Source of the DNA: a virus
Lineage: Duplodnaviria; Caudoviricetes
IMG/VR virus record: IMGVR_UViG_3300032214_000855
Coordinates: 7,354 to 71,353 of that record
Length of the DNA stretch: 64,000 bases
Strand: one strand, 5' to 3'
The number at the start of each line of letters is the position of its first letter. Position 1 is the first letter of the stretch. The position numbers and the translations under genes were made by a program. The notes below the pieces were generated by a model, which worked only from the letters and a program-made list of their open reading frames with translations, was not told the origin of the DNA and ran no database searches. Positions 10,001 through 22,300 of this stretch are shown piece after piece.

Positions 10001-13000
10001 TTTCTTGAGCATCTGTAGATACTCTGTCAGTTAATTTAAATGTTTTTGTTCCTGTTGAAAATTTATTTAAAGAATTATTTGCAGGATATATAAAGAAACT
10101 TCCAAGAACATTAGAACTATAATCTACTTTCAATCTTGTTCGAAGAACTCTTGCCTTTGCTTTTGAAGTAACTCCTTCCAGAATCATATCAGGTAAAATA
10201 ATACCTCCATATCCAAGAGTCCCGACATCAGACAAGATGTAAGTGTCTATGTTCAAAATGCCTGAGGTTTCACTGTAGTCATTTGAAATTTCTTCCCCAG
10301 TATAAGGGTTAAATTTGAAATATGTTTTAAAATCATTTTGATTTATAACTCTATGAGGTCCAGATTTATGTCTTGGGTGACATACTCGAACTGTTGCACG
10401 GTGCTCCAAAGAACTTCCATTATTAAAACTAGCGATAACATCTTCACCAATAGTAAATTTACCAGTACCCGAAATCATTTGAATCTCAAGTAATTTTGGA
10501 AAACAACTATTTGTTACATCAATTCCATCAAAATATGCTGTTAATTCAGTTCCAGGAAGAAGACCTTTTCCTTCAAATTGAATATTTCTAGACCTTATAA
10601 ACTGAGAATTATCTCTTTTAACTACTCTTTCCCCAACAGAAATTGAATTTCCCGTAGTTGGTTCTAGTGTTATTTTAGTTCCTGTTCTAGAAGTAGAACC
10701 AGATTCATAGGTAGTAATTGTTGTTTGGTTATAGATTCTAGTATTTGTTACGTAACCGTTTCTAGTAACATCACTTAGATTGTATTTTGTATCTTCAGTT
10801 GTTCTATCTGCAACTCCTGACCAAGTAGTTTTCCAATCATTATATGTGATTAATTCCCCAGATTGATTGAGATTATATACCTTTTTATATAAATCTATAT
10901 CACCAACATCAACAATAAAATTTTCTGCCTCCAATTTTTTGGGGGTATCAAACCAAGTATCTGTTGATGGAGTAAGTTCAATAAAACCTTTCCAATAGTT
11001 TAAAATAAATGGGGTTACACTTTCCGTTCTAGTAGCTATGTTTTGACTTTTCCAAAGTGCGTCAGTATAACGCAAAGTAATTATACCATCATTAATAACT
11101 ACATTGTCCCCTTCTATGTAATTGTCATCATCTACGATATTTAATTTGTCATTATAAGGAAGTAGACTAATGTTTTGAACATCCACATTAGGTCTCAATT
11201 CTTGTGATTCTGGGTGGATGCAATTATTCTTTCCTAAAGAGAGATCTTGTATGGGGGCATTTTGATCGGAAAAATTATCTACAAAAAACCCAGATTTAAA
11301 TTTGTTTAATCCATTAGAATCTTGGATTAAAAGATTTGAAGTTTTTGTTTCTAATAGAGAAAGACTTGTATAATATTCAAGATTTCTTATTCTATCTTCA
11401 AGAACTTTAATATCTCGCATTCTATATCTCTTATGTTCTGTGAGTTTTATGAATGCGTCTGATGTATTATAAAGGTAAGGTGGTAAATTAATAGTAGATA
11501 TTTCTAGGGAATCATCTACTGGAACTGGTTTTTCAGGAGACTCTGAAGGAACTCCTGTTTTTATTTGTAATGAACCAGTTTTATTTAAATATATGGTATC
11601 AATTCTTCCAAGATAAAAAGAGTAATTAAGTACTATAGATTCATCAGATGCCAAAGAATTTTTGGCAGAATTTCCTGATAAAGTAAAAGATCTTCCATAA
11701 AACTCTAGAGGAGATCTTGTATCAACTGATGTAGTGTATGGAGAAACTCTTGGTCTAATGTCAATTATATCAGTCAACCTGTTACCATCAACTGATCCAA
11801 TTTCCTTTGAATAATCACATTCTAAATAAGAATTTCTGGTGGTTATATCACCTTCATCGGAAGAATCATAATAGACGTTTGAAAAATATATTTTTAATTG
11901 TCTAGTGGGAGAATTGAAATTTGACTTTCTTATTATTGTAGAATAGTCATAGAAAGTAGATTTTTGACCTGAACTAAACGAGTAGTGTGTAGTAACATCA
12001 CTACTCTCAAAGTCTGAAGATGCTAGAATACATTTAATGCCAGATTCTTCAAATAATAAAGTTTCTCCTATTTTAAACGAAACATTATTTTTTGGAGTAT
12101 ATCTAATCTCTGAATCTGATTTTCTTTCAACTAGGATGGCAACAGATCCACTAGATTCTCCTGTAATCTTTTCTCCCAGTATTAAATCGGAAGTCTTTCC
12201 ACTCTGACTTCCTATAGAAGAAAGTAGAAGAGATGGTGCATTAGCACTGGAAGTCCCTTTCGATTCATATATTCCATGAATTTCGATTACATCTGGATAA
12301 TTTAATGATATTAAGTTATCCTCAACTCTAGTGCCATATGGATAATTTCCATATGTTAATCCATTATCTAGAGTATCTTGCCCTGAACCAGACCCCTCTA
12401 ATATTGATTTATCGACTATAATATAATTTACTCTATTTTTCTTTTTAATTTTTTCTTTTGGTTTACTTTTTCTTATCGTAGAAACTAAAGTTGCATTAGA
12501 ATCATTTGTTAAATTACTAATTGTCAAAGTATTTCCAACAATAGAAAATTTATCGCTAGTTAATACTTGTGTATTTCCATTTGAATTTGTTAATAAATAC
12601 CTTTCCTCATCAAACGGTAAGAAAGTTTCATTTTGATCAGATAAAGAAACTATTAGCCTGTTTGAAGATATTACTTGATTATCAAAAGTTTTTCTAATTG
12701 TTAATGTAGAATTTGTCAAATCTAGATTTGAAATATTACTTTTTGGTAACTTGGAATATAGAGTATTATCTTGAGATGATACTAATGATGTTGTTAAAAT
12801 TTCTAAATCACTTACTGTTATATTCTGATCAGGAACAAATCCTATAATAAAGTTTGATACTGTAGAAACTTCAGATGCTACTACGGTAAATCCATTAATT
12901 TGACTAACTTTTGCATAATATGGTAGAGATGTATCTAAAGGATTTGTATATTTTACTATTTCTCCAACCTTTACATTTTTTCCTGGAAAAAGTGGATTTG

Positions 13001-14777
13001 AGCTAGTGATATTAATATTAGAACCATTTACTACAATACTAGATACTCCAACATTAAATTTGTTCGTTTGAATAATGTCTGCGAAGAAAGTTCTTGCAGT
13101 CCCCACGTTACCGTATACTGACCTAACATCAGATATTCCATATGAGGTAACAGTTCTACAAACTCTAGTTATTGATTCATTACCATCAAAAACTAGAGAT
13201 TCGAATGGTAAAAATTCGCCAGTTGTTTGATAAAGAATAATGTTAGGACTATTAGATACAGATTCTTTTAAGAATCCAGTGGCTCCACTATTTTCTCCAT
13301 TAACAAAAGTTGGAGTAGTTAGAGTTATTGGTTCATTCAAAGTTATCTCTGTTGTTGTTTGAATGTCATATAAAGATATATTCCATTCATTTAAATCTGG
13401 GTTAGAACTATCATAAGATCCAGATTCTAATGTAAAATCATATACTCTTGCAACTCCTATTTCTTTTCCTGTAGATGCCACCCCAACATTACCGACCCTA
13501 GAATCTCTAAGACTAAGAATATAATCACTTCCTGCACCAATTTTTGGGGCACCATAAACTCTATTAAGTCTGAATGTAGATCCAGTATTATATGTAATAG
13601 GCTGATTCTCTAATGTTTTTATTGTTCTTGGTTTAGGTACATCAATAAGAGAGCTGTTTATGACCTCAATTTCATAACCTCTAATATATGCTTTTCCCGG
13701 AGAAATTTGATATAAAGCAATATCGTCAGAAGGAACAGACCCACCATCAGTTAAATCGGTTAAATTAAATACTCCACCATTTCCCAATTTGTCATTCAGA
13801 GACTCCTTTAGAGCAACATCAAATGGAGTCACATAATAGTCTCCGGATTCATCATAGGTTCTTCTTGCAAATTCATCAGCTAAAATATTGTATTGAGTAT
13901 ACTTATCTGAAGAATAACTAATAACACCAGTTCTTACCCTTGCTAATTCTATAAAATTAGTATCATCAAAATCATTTAAATCCTTTTTAAACAAAGAAAC
14001 TGTTATTTTTATCCTATCAGCACCAGGGGAAGAATAATTACTAAATCCTTGAGAATTATCATTTAAATTTTCATCTAAATCTGATGTTATAATCTGCTCA
14101 TTGACAAAAAACCCAATTCTATAACTTGGAGCAAAAGAATATTGATCTAGTATTAATGTTTCTTTACTTACTCTTACAAAAGACCCTCTAATAAAATATA
14201 CGCCGTCATTAACTGAAAATGCAGATCCCCTTGAAGTGCAATTTCTAGAAATAGTAACAGCAAATGGTTCTCCTACAGGTATATTTGAAGTTCCAAGCAA
14301 CTGTGATATAACAATGTTATTTGATGACAGTTGTTCCCCATCAGCAAATTTGGTTTGAGAAGAACTATTTAAACTAGATGTTAAATAATTGATATATAAT
14401 GTTAAATTGCCTCTTTCTGAATTTTGAGGCAGTAAAACTTGATTTACAACTGCAGTTACTCCTGAGGATGCGCCAGTTATTGTAGATCCTATTAATTGAT
14501 CTGCGTAAGAAGATACTGGGATGCCTAAGTAAGCATTTTCAAGTTCTACGCAATCATAAAAATTATTATAAAAAGTGTTTCCTGGTATTACTTTTGCACC
14601 TTCTTTGAAGAAGTGTTGCCCAAATTTTGTAATTTGATTTTGTAAAATAGATTGAAGTGTTGTTAATTCTCTTGCCTGTACTGGATAACCAGGCTTAAAC
14701 AAAACTTTATAATAGTCATTATTTGCATCAAAATCATCAAAATATGGGGATACATTTAAATTTGTTTGCTGTGACAT
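7065..14777 (-). CDS. large virion structural protein, VrlC/DUF4815 type
   Basis: 2570 aa; MSQQTNLNVSPYFDDFD..YKVLFKPGYPVQARELTTLQSILQNQ, internal DPLAQSF, C-terminal PRIKNLRVLALA; follows gp8. Confidence 0.85.
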   Translation of the reverse strand: MSQQTNLNVSPYFDDFDANNDYYKVLFKPGYPVQARELTTLQSILQNQITKFGQHFFKEGAKVIPGNTFYNNFYDCVELENAYLGIPVSSYADQLIGSTITGASSGVTAVVNQVLLPQNSERGNLTLYINYLTSSLNSSSQTKFADGEQLSSNNIVISQLLGTSNIPVGEPFAVTISRNCTSRGSAFSVNDGVYFIRGSFVRVSKETLILDQYSFAPSYRIGFFVNEQIITSDLDENLNDNSQGFSNYSSPGADRIKITVSLFKKDLNDFDDTNFIELARVRTGVISYSSDKYTQYNILADEFARRTYDESGDYYVTPFDVALKESLNDKLGNGGVFNLTDLTDGGSVPSDDIALYQISPGKAYIRGYEIEVINSSLIDVPKPRTIKTLENQPITYNTGSTFRLNRVYGAPKIGAGSDYILSLRDSRVGNVGVASTGKEIGVARVYDFTLESGSYDSSNPDLNEWNISLYDIQTTTEITLNEPITLTTPTFVNGENSGATGFLKESVSNSPNIILYQTTGEFLPFESLVFDGNESITRVCRTVTSYGISDVRSVYGNVGTARTFFADIIQTNKFNVGVSSIVVNGSNINITSSNPLFPGKNVKVGEIVKYTNPLDTSLPYYAKVSQINGFTVVASEVSTVSNFIIGFVPDQNITVSDLEILTTSLVSSQDNTLYSKLPKSNISNLDLTNSTLTIRKTFDNQVISSNRLIVSLSDQNETFLPFDEERYLLTNSNGNTQVLTSDKFSIVGNTLTISNLTNDSNATLVSTIRKSKPKEKIKKKNRVNYIIVDKSILEGSGSGQDTLDNGLTYGNYPYGTRVEDNLISLNYPDVIEIHGIYESKGTSSANAPSLLLSSIGSQSGKTSDLILGEKITGESSGSVAILVERKSDSEIRYTPKNNVSFKIGETLLFEESGIKCILASSDFESSDVTTHYSFSSGQKSTFYDYSTIIRKSNFNSPTRQLKIYFSNVYYDSSDEGDITTRNSYLECDYSKEIGSVDGNRLTDIIDIRPRVSPYTTSVDTRSPLEFYGRSFTLSGNSAKNSLASDESIVLNYSFYLGRIDTIYLNKTGSLQIKTGVPSESPEKPVPVDDSLEISTINLPPYLYNTSDAFIKLTEHKRYRMRDIKVLEDRIRNLEYYTSLSLLETKTSNLLIQDSNGLNKFKSGFFVDNFSDQNAPIQDLSLGKNNCIHPESQELRPNVDVQNISLLPYNDKLNIVDDDNYIEGDNVVINDGIITLRYTDALWKSQNIATRTESVTPFILNYWKGFIELTPSTDTWFDTPKKLEAENFIVDVGDIDLYKKVYNLNQSGELITYNDWKTTWSGVADRTTEDTKYNLSDVTRNGYVTNTRIYNQTTITTYESGSTSRTGTKITLEPTTGNSISVGERVVKRDNSQFIRSRNIQFEGKGLLPGTELTAYFDGIDVTNSCFPKLLEIQMISGTGKFTIGEDVIASFNNGSSLEHRATVRVCHPRHKSGPHRVINQNDFKTYFKFNPYTGEEISNDYSETSGILNIDTYILSDVGTLGYGGIILPDMILEGVTSKAKARVLRTRLKVDYSSNVLGSFFIYPANNSLNKFSTGTKTFKLTDRVSTDAQENFTASGFVETVQPTTISTRSYKLASKEILETGSSQERILGTDVTQETVSNTRVDNTPPPPPPPVYTYSPPSTPAPTPAPAAPAPPPPTPAAPAPTVQINYDGPVYAQAARERLGDAAASVGLPRNISETARQLGIDIQRTAGGNLTEQSGNQLVRALRQEGAKICARDPLAQSFSVGAKGVFLTKCVIYFNSVPSTDGLTVDLEIRPITNGTVSGGPNPSDYILDGSQVSKLPSEITISSDGSLGTEFVFKRPIYLEGNKDYAVCLLSQSPDYSVFISRVNENDLITNSFVSNQEDFGSLFKSQNGTTWEPSQWEDLKYQLWCANFVRSGFVNFYNPKLTNQTLKYSKKLSPDSVILNSRKVRVGLASSLPSNSGLVIGNTVLQSNSKGTGNYVGSAGSAFGQLTLINPGIGYTPSSGSFIFNNVNLESISGDGRNATANVTIVNGEVGIATIVNGGVGYKIGDVLGISSIGSLNVGYGARVSISSISRINEIILDNVQGDFIVSGSPSLQYKNNVGSTVNLNIAVSNLITVSDGLHIKVNQKNHGMHSSQNHLIISGVESDIVPTKLSQKITASSISSGDSIYVDSSSVFQTFENVGVASTNPGYLLIGNEIIPYESVSNGQINGIVTAPEKDYDIGTPVYKYELGGVSLRRINKQHELSTVDTSIINEPITLDSYHIKLDMSSDGIDRSVETSLPKLYINETKSTGGSDISASNNIQFELIEPIIPNTTVNGTSISGSIKTIQGTSISGNESSFLDVGFEPISIYENNNLNSPRLICSDINEVENLLNEKSFNLRIDLSSNNSLLSPTIDARASSITLVTNRVNNIITDYSTDSRVNSAIDDPTSFKYVSKEVQLETSSSSIKIILDAHLTPDSNVRAFYAISDNPNFSPIFIPFPGYLNLNKYKEVINFENSDGLPDDYIAPSTVLGFNDVDFREHTFTANNLPSFRYFRIKLIGTSTNQVHVPRIKNLRVLALA

Positions 14778-14783
14778 AATTCG

Positions 14784-16337
14784 TTAAAACTGCAAAATGA
14801 CTTTGATATCTTCTTTTTGGTTTGATGACCTAGTAATAGATGGTCTATTATCTACATAAATTATATTTCCAGAATATTTTTGAACTTCTGGTTGGGAAAC
14901 ACCACTAACAAAATTTTGTCCTAGGTAGTATTTTTTATTATTTATTGTTGTTTCTATGCCAGTAAATCCAGAGTCAATAGTTAAAGTTCCTCCAGAATTT
15001 CCAGAAATTACTAAACTTCCTCCAGCCAATATTGAACTAGTAAATTCATTCAAATTGAAACCATAACTGGGATTTGTCTGTTGGGATCCATCAGTAGTTG
15101 CAAATCCAACAATAGATCTATCTTGCCAATATTTTAAAACCCCTGTGTTTTGATCATAACTAATAACTTTTCCTGCAGCAGTAATGCCAGTTCCTATAGT
15201 TTGAGTTATTAAAGAGTCAGGGGTGAAAACTGCTGAATTATATGAAGAACCAGTTAATTTTAGTGCATATAAAGCACTAGCTTTATCTGAAGATAAAATA
15301 GAACCATTAGATACTTTAGGATTATTAATTATACCAACCCTTGATATCTGGTTTCCTACGATAAAATCTGGGTTCTGAACATCATTTTCTAACCTAGAGT
15401 ATATTAATGCATTAAATGCTCCCAATTCTCTGTAAATATCAGCACCATGTCCGCCTTTAGGTGAGATGATAACATCAAAAATTGGTCTAGTATCAAAGGT
15501 GGTTATTCCGCCCGCAACTAAATCTACACTACCAAAAGTATATCCTGATCCTTGGTTTGTTATTATTATCGATTCTACTTTTTGCTCAGAATTGGTTATG
15601 ATAGTGCATTCAGCACCAGTACCATCACCTTTTATAGGAACATTCCTATAAATTTGATTTCCTGCACCTACCGATACTCCTCTATTTTTTATGATTACGG
15701 TCTTTATTGACCCATCCACAGCATTATTTCTAACGGCAGCATTTTCCAAACTGGTTTCCCAATCTGAAGGAACTGGTATATAATCGGTAGATTCAAATTT
15801 TACAATATCAGAAGGTTTTATTGTATATAAGTATTTCCAAATATATCCATCATTACTTGATCCTGCAGGTCTTGGTTCTAAATCTATAAATTTCGGTTCA
15901 TCTAATGATGGTTTTCCATTTTCATTTTCTGGATTAGTTCCGTTCTCTAAGCAAATATAAACTCGATAATCACTATTTAAAACATAAAAAAATGAAGTAT
16001 ATAATGTAGAAGAATCTGATACTTTGGGTCTATTTGAAATGCTATAGTCATTTCTATAATAGTCATAAACCCTTCCAGAAGACCAAGTTATTTTTGGTAT
16101 TATTAACCTAACATCATCACTATTAATTTTCTTGAGAGACATCATAGTTTCCCAACAAATATTTTCATCATTAAAACTATCCTTATGTGAAGGAGGATCG
16201 GCATCCCAATTAGATAAAACGCTAGATGGATTCGGCAACCCAACAAATGTATAATATGAATTTTGTGTAGATGAAACCGAACTCAAGAAATTTTTAGCAT
16301 TTAATATTCTAAATTGATCAGTTATAATTGCTGACAT
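14784..16337 (-). CDS. gp8: baseplate wedge subunit gp8
   Basis: MSAIITDQFRILNAKNF..DGYIWKYLYTI..YSGNIIYVDNRPSITRSSNQKEDIKVILQF. Confidence 0.9.
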   Translation of the reverse strand: MSAIITDQFRILNAKNFLSSVSSTQNSYYTFVGLPNPSSVLSNWDADPPSHKDSFNDENICWETMMSLKKINSDDVRLIIPKITWSSGRVYDYYRNDYSISNRPKVSDSSTLYTSFFYVLNSDYRVYICLENGTNPENENGKPSLDEPKFIDLEPRPAGSSNDGYIWKYLYTIKPSDIVKFESTDYIPVPSDWETSLENAAVRNNAVDGSIKTVIIKNRGVSVGAGNQIYRNVPIKGDGTGAECTIITNSEQKVESIIITNQGSGYTFGSVDLVAGGITTFDTRPIFDVIISPKGGHGADIYRELGAFNALIYSRLENDVQNPDFIVGNQISRVGIINNPKVSNGSILSSDKASALYALKLTGSSYNSAVFTPDSLITQTIGTGITAAGKVISYDQNTGVLKYWQDRSIVGFATTDGSQQTNPSYGFNLNEFTSSILAGGSLVISGNSGGTLTIDSGFTGIETTINNKKYYLGQNFVSGVSQPEVQKYSGNIIYVDNRPSITRSSNQKEDIKVILQF

Positions 16338-16351
16338 TTTTTATATCGTTT

Positions 16352-16358
16352 TATTTAT
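16352..16358 (-). promoter_or_regulatory. late promoter ATAAATA
   Basis: tatttat just upstream of gp8 start, overlapping the gp7 end region. Confidence 0.6.
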
Positions 16359-16361
16359 TTA

Positions 16362-19300
16362 TTATAAAACATAACCAAAATATCTTAATGGTTCAGATCT
16401 TATAACAACTCCACCTGTAGTTAAACCAGTAATTCCATTATTCCTATATGTATTGTATGTATTTGTTGATGTTGTTTTTGCTAGGGTTATTTTTCCCCAA
16501 CTATACTCACCATAAAAATTACTAAATCCCAATCCAGTCAAATTATTATAAGAAGATACACTGGATACAACTTTTACTACTGTCGATTGACCACCAGTTG
16601 GAACACTAGAAGATGCTATAGATACTGATCTTACTACATAGACATTATCCAATCCAGATGTTCCTATGCCAACTATTTGGTTTGACGCATTTAATGAAGT
16701 TACTCCATTTCCAACTTTAGAATTATAAACAACAAAGTAATCTCCTGGTTGAATTCCACTTATAGTCGTTGCAGTCCCTGATATAGAACTATCTCTTAAA
16801 TAAGAATTGTTTGGTATAAACAGATCAAAAACAAGACAGGTACTGGCAACTCCAACTATTGAAGTCGTTGCAATACCAGTAATAATTCCATGATCTCCAA
16901 AATAACCAGTTACTTCACAGGTTTCTTTTTTTATTGAAGGGGGTTCGATTAAAACTTCAGGTGGACTTGATTGAGAATAACCAGTTCCTCCAGAAATTAC
17001 TGCAATATTTGATATTTTTCCTCCATTTATGGATGAAGATGCAGTTGCCCTAAAAGTTGTTCCCAATCCCACTGGAGATTCTAAAATAATTGATGGAGAA
17101 GACGTATAACCGCTACCAGAATCTATAATATTGATGGATGTAACTGTTCCTGCAGAAGATACTGTAGAAGATGCATTGGCAAATTGTATTATGTCTTGAG
17201 ATAATAAAGTTACTTCATTTTGGAAATTTAAATTTCCAGAAGAAGACTCTTTAGATGAATTAAAAAATGGTCTTATATTATCAACATAAAGAACTGTAGT
17301 ATTTACCCCAACTGTGTTTATTATATAAGAACTTGGATATATTGAGGGTTCATAAATCTTTCTACTCTTAGATACAATTGAAGAGTCTATTAATTTATCT
17401 TCAGTTTGTTTTCTTACGAATGTTGGGCGATATAAAGATTGATCTTGAGAAATTCCGGCACCAAAATATAATTCTGTTTCTGCAGAGTTTATATACAATG
17501 ATGTTATAGTTCTTTTATCTTGATTTAAACTCTGTGGTTGTTGGGAAAAAATATCATATGAAAGTTGTAGTTCGTCTCCCTCTTTAATACTTTCCACAAT
17601 ATCAACTGTTTCGGTATCATAATCAATATTTCCCATATAAAATAGTATTTTGCACTTATCTCCAGAAACTACATTATCTGAAGATTTTCCTTTCGGAGCT
17701 TCATTAAATATTATCCTATCACCTCTCGTGAAGTTATAAGATTCTCCGGGAATTTGTAAAACGTCATTTATAAACACTAGTAAATTATTCTGAAGATTTA
17801 TTTTAGAACCTTTTTCTGATACTAGAGAAAACCTTTGATTATTAATCGTTAATGGAAATCTTTGCGTAATTCCGTTAAAAAGACCACTTATATCATCAAA
17901 TACTTTAAGTGCCCCAATAAACCATCCAGAGAATTTATCTGATTTAACTTCTTCTACAAGGATATTAAAATTATTCAACTGCTTTGTTGTATCTGTAGGA
18001 ATTCCTACTAACCCTCCAATAGGAATTGTTAAAATATCTCCCTTTTTGTAATTATAACCAAAATTTTTAAATTCAAAGTCTATTACACTAGACCCATTTC
18101 CAACAACAATATCAACTTTTGCTCCAGTTCCCACTCCAGAAGATGAAGATGAATATATGAGAGGTATGTTTGAGTATGGAAGTGGATCATCAATTACTAA
18201 AATTGGGGGATTTAATGATGAATAACCGATTCCTGGATTAGTTATGGATACTCCAACAACATTTCCTTGACTTATAGATGCAATTCCAATGTAAGTTGTC
18301 TTGTTATTGGAGGTTATAACACCAACTCTAACTGGATTTTGTGCTCCTGTTCTATAACCAGAACCACTATTTCCAATGGAAACCGAAGAAATTGTTCCTG
18401 ATATGGAAACAACAACAGTTCCTCCTGCAGAAACTAATGGTTGATAACCAAAACCACCACTAGATCCAACAGATACTATAACTCCATTTATTGGTAAACT
18501 TGTTGTATTAATATCATTTTGATTGGGAATATTATTAGAACCTACAAAAAATACTGTAGTTACTCCAGAACTTTCTGCCAAATAATAATTATTCAATAAA
18601 GATATTTCATTTGTATTTGGTGATGGAATTTGAGGAATATTATTAACTAATAAAATTATATTGTCTGTAGATATTCCCGATACATTAGTTTCATTATTCT
18701 TGAGAATAAATCCACTAGAAATTCCTGTAAAGGAATCTGATACATCGTCAAAAATGTAGTTATTGCTATATGTACTCTTATTCTGATCTGGATACCCAGA
18801 TTTTATAAAACACCTTCCATGGAATTTTGACTTTTGTAATATTGATGAATCTAAAGGATCTGATAATGTTAATGGTGGAGATGCAAAATTAATATCACTG
18901 TCAACTATATTATAGTTACCTATAACTTTAGAAACTGTTGCCCCCTGAGAATGTGATTCTGATTGTGTTCCGAATAAAGATCTATTTACATTAATTAAAT
19001 TTGTGGATCCAATACCAACAGAATTAATTTTCATAATCTCATTATCAATTTTTATGAAGTCTCCGTTAAAGAATGATGAAATTCCAGTAACATAAACTAA
19101 ATTCGTTGATATTGAGACTGTACTAGATAATGAAGTCTTGGTTTTAGTTAATGAAATTGGAGACTGAATAATTCCGTCTATTGAAATTACTACTCTAGAA
19201 TTTTGATCAAAGCAGGAAAAATAATGAGTTGTACCTACACCAGCATTAACTAAATCTAAAGTTACTGGACTTGAACTTAATGCATCTTCAGCACTTTTTG

Positions 19301-22300
19301 AAAGTTTTATCTTATTATCGCTTATTTTTACGACATATACCTCATTGGGCAATTTATTGGTTGTTCCTATTCCCACCCCAAAATAAGTAGTAACAATTCC
19401 AATAGAATTGCTACTTGAATTTGTTCCATTTGAATATGATATTTTTTCTCCAGTAACAAAGAAGTGATTTTCAATTTCTATCGTATTTACTTCAATATCT
19501 ACAATAGATGTATTAGATGCATTAAAAATTCTCTTAAATATTGGATAATTATTACTACTTAAAGAGAAATCTTTTTTAGATACCTCATCACTACTATCAA
19601 ATTGAGAACTTATGTCGTCAATAGGTAAAACCAAATTTCCGGAGGACAGTATATAATCCTTCACCGTTTTATTCTTAAATATGATTTCGTCAGAAACTAA
19701 TGTTGAATCTAACTGGAAACTAGTTTCTGATGAAAGATCAAAGTAATAATTATTAAAATCAGACTTACTGAAAATATCTAATGTTATTGAGAGGTCTGAC
19801 TGTTTTGTGGTGGATATGCCAACAAATTGACTAGATTCTAATTGATAATCGGAAAAAACTTTAAATCCTTTAGGGTGATTTAGTGTTAAGACAGAATCTT
19901 TCCACGTATCATAATCAATTTTTGATTTTATTGAGTATGAGAAATTCTGATAATAAAAACTATCTTGAAGTTTTTGTAACTTATCATTTAAAAATCCACT
20001 ATTTTGATTCCATCCTTTATTTACTTTTGTTTTTGAAGAAAGACTAGTTGTAGATTTAGTTTTATAAATTTTTAAAATTTTTGATTTTGAACCTGTAGAT
20101 TCTCCTTGAATAATTTCGCCAATTTCAAAGTCTCTAGTTGGATTTGAGATAGTTATAAGTCCGGAATATTCATCCCAATTTGATATATACCCTTCAGACT
20201 CGTTGGCGAATTCTGTCTTTATTCTTTCTCCTGTCAAATATTCCCCAACCTTTAATGAAATGTTGAATGATGGGAAGTATTTTTCTGGAATTACTCTTCC
20301 TAGGAGATTTGAAGAATCAAAAATACCGGGATTTTCCTCAGAATTTAAATAATCATTTAAACTATATGTTATTGTTCCTTCACCTAGACCGGGATTAGGT
20401 GTTGTACTTAATACAGAAAATAGTGAATATCTATAATTTTCGGAATTATACCCTTTATCTTCAATATCTAATACCTTCACATTTTCAATCAATACATTAT
20501 CACCTACTACAAATGGAAAATCTCCGTTGTATGTAAATGTAACAGTAACTATTTTAGTAATAGAATTAAATACTACATTGATTATTCTAAATCCATTATT
20601 ATTATTCGTTGGAATTATTTTTGGTGTCAGTCCACTTAAATTTGAAGTATTTTTCAGTATTTTTACATTAGTATCACTTAAAGAAAACTCTAAATCTAAG
20701 TCTGTTATTGGTTCTTTAGTTTTTTCATCAACTACTATTAATTTTGGTGGAGTAATATAATTTATTCCAAACGAAGAAACTGTTATCTTATCTATTGAAT
20801 ATAAAGATTCTAATTTTAAAACCAATATTGGATAATTACTAGGCAATAATGTGTAATCGGAAGAGAAATCAAATCCTATATTATTGATTTTAGTACTTTT
20901 TATTATTCCAATAGATTCACTAAAGCAATCCAATAAAGCATCTTTTCCAATATTAGAGTTTATTTTTGTTATTTTTGGTAGAGATAAGTAATTTCTCCCT
21001 GGACTTGTTATTTTTATTTCAGAAATTGGACCAAATGCATCTTCGGAACTTGTATTATAAATTAAGGATGAAATTGTTGACGAATAAGAAACAACTTCGG
21101 GAGTATTTGGTAAAATATATTCAAATGTTGAAGTAGAATTAACCCCAACAAAAATCGGGTAATCTCCGGAATATTCACTTTTTAATATTGATAATGTATT
21201 ATTTGAAGATACTAATACATTATCAATTATAAGTTCTTCCTTTACTTTTGGATAAGAAATCCCATCACTAAAGGTAGGAACTAGTCTATAATATAATTTT
21301 TCAGGAAAGTCTTCTTTTACACTTAAGGTAATCTTTGCATCACTACTAATACCAACAGATCCTTGTTGATTTATGATTAACTCTTCTTGGGAATTGACTA
21401 TATCAAAACTATTTTTAAAATATGGATCAGTATAGATTTCAAATTTAAATGCAGAATATGAGTTATTATTTGAAGTATATGATAAGGTAGAGTCTGACAA
21501 GTCAAATATAACTTCAGATTCTTTATATAGTCTTATTTCTGGATTAATTAATGAAATAGATCCATTAGATTGAGAAGTTATTTCTAATGTTTTAGGATTT
21601 GTTGAGATTGAATTGTAATAGGAATCTGATAATTTTATAGTATCTTTATCCACTGAAAAAACATAATAAATTTCATTATCTTTTAAAGTTTGTGTGGAGA
21701 GATCAGTATTGTATATTATTTTTTGTCCGGTTACAAAATTGTGATTACTAATTGAAATAGTTCCATTTATTGTATTGATTCCTGAAGATACAAAACTTTT
21801 TGGGTTTACAATTAATCTTCTTTTTTTGTCATTGTATTTTATAATTATAGTATTTGAATTTTTAGGATTAACATTTATTGAAACCAAATCCCCCGTTTTT
21901 AACCCATGAGTACTTCCAGTGGATACTGTAATTGTATTTTTTGATACTTGTCCATATATCTTACCATAATTTGTTTTAAAGCTATGATAAGTTGCTGTTC
22001 CTATTCCCGAAAGATATAAAGTTGTTGAATTTTTAGTTTGGCTAGTAATACCAGCAAAACCTCCAGTACTACCAATGCCCACCTTTACAGTTGCAATTCC
22101 TATGAGATCTTCCGAAATCTTTGCTACAAAAACTTTAGAATAATTTGACAACGAAACACTAGAGATTCCATTTATTGATACTTGTATAGAAGAACCTCCA
22201 TTGGGGGAATAAATTAATTCGTCTCCAGTATTTAATTTATGATTTGGTAAATAAATTGTTTTGGAAGGAATAAAAAGTGATGTTATTCCACTCCCTGGAT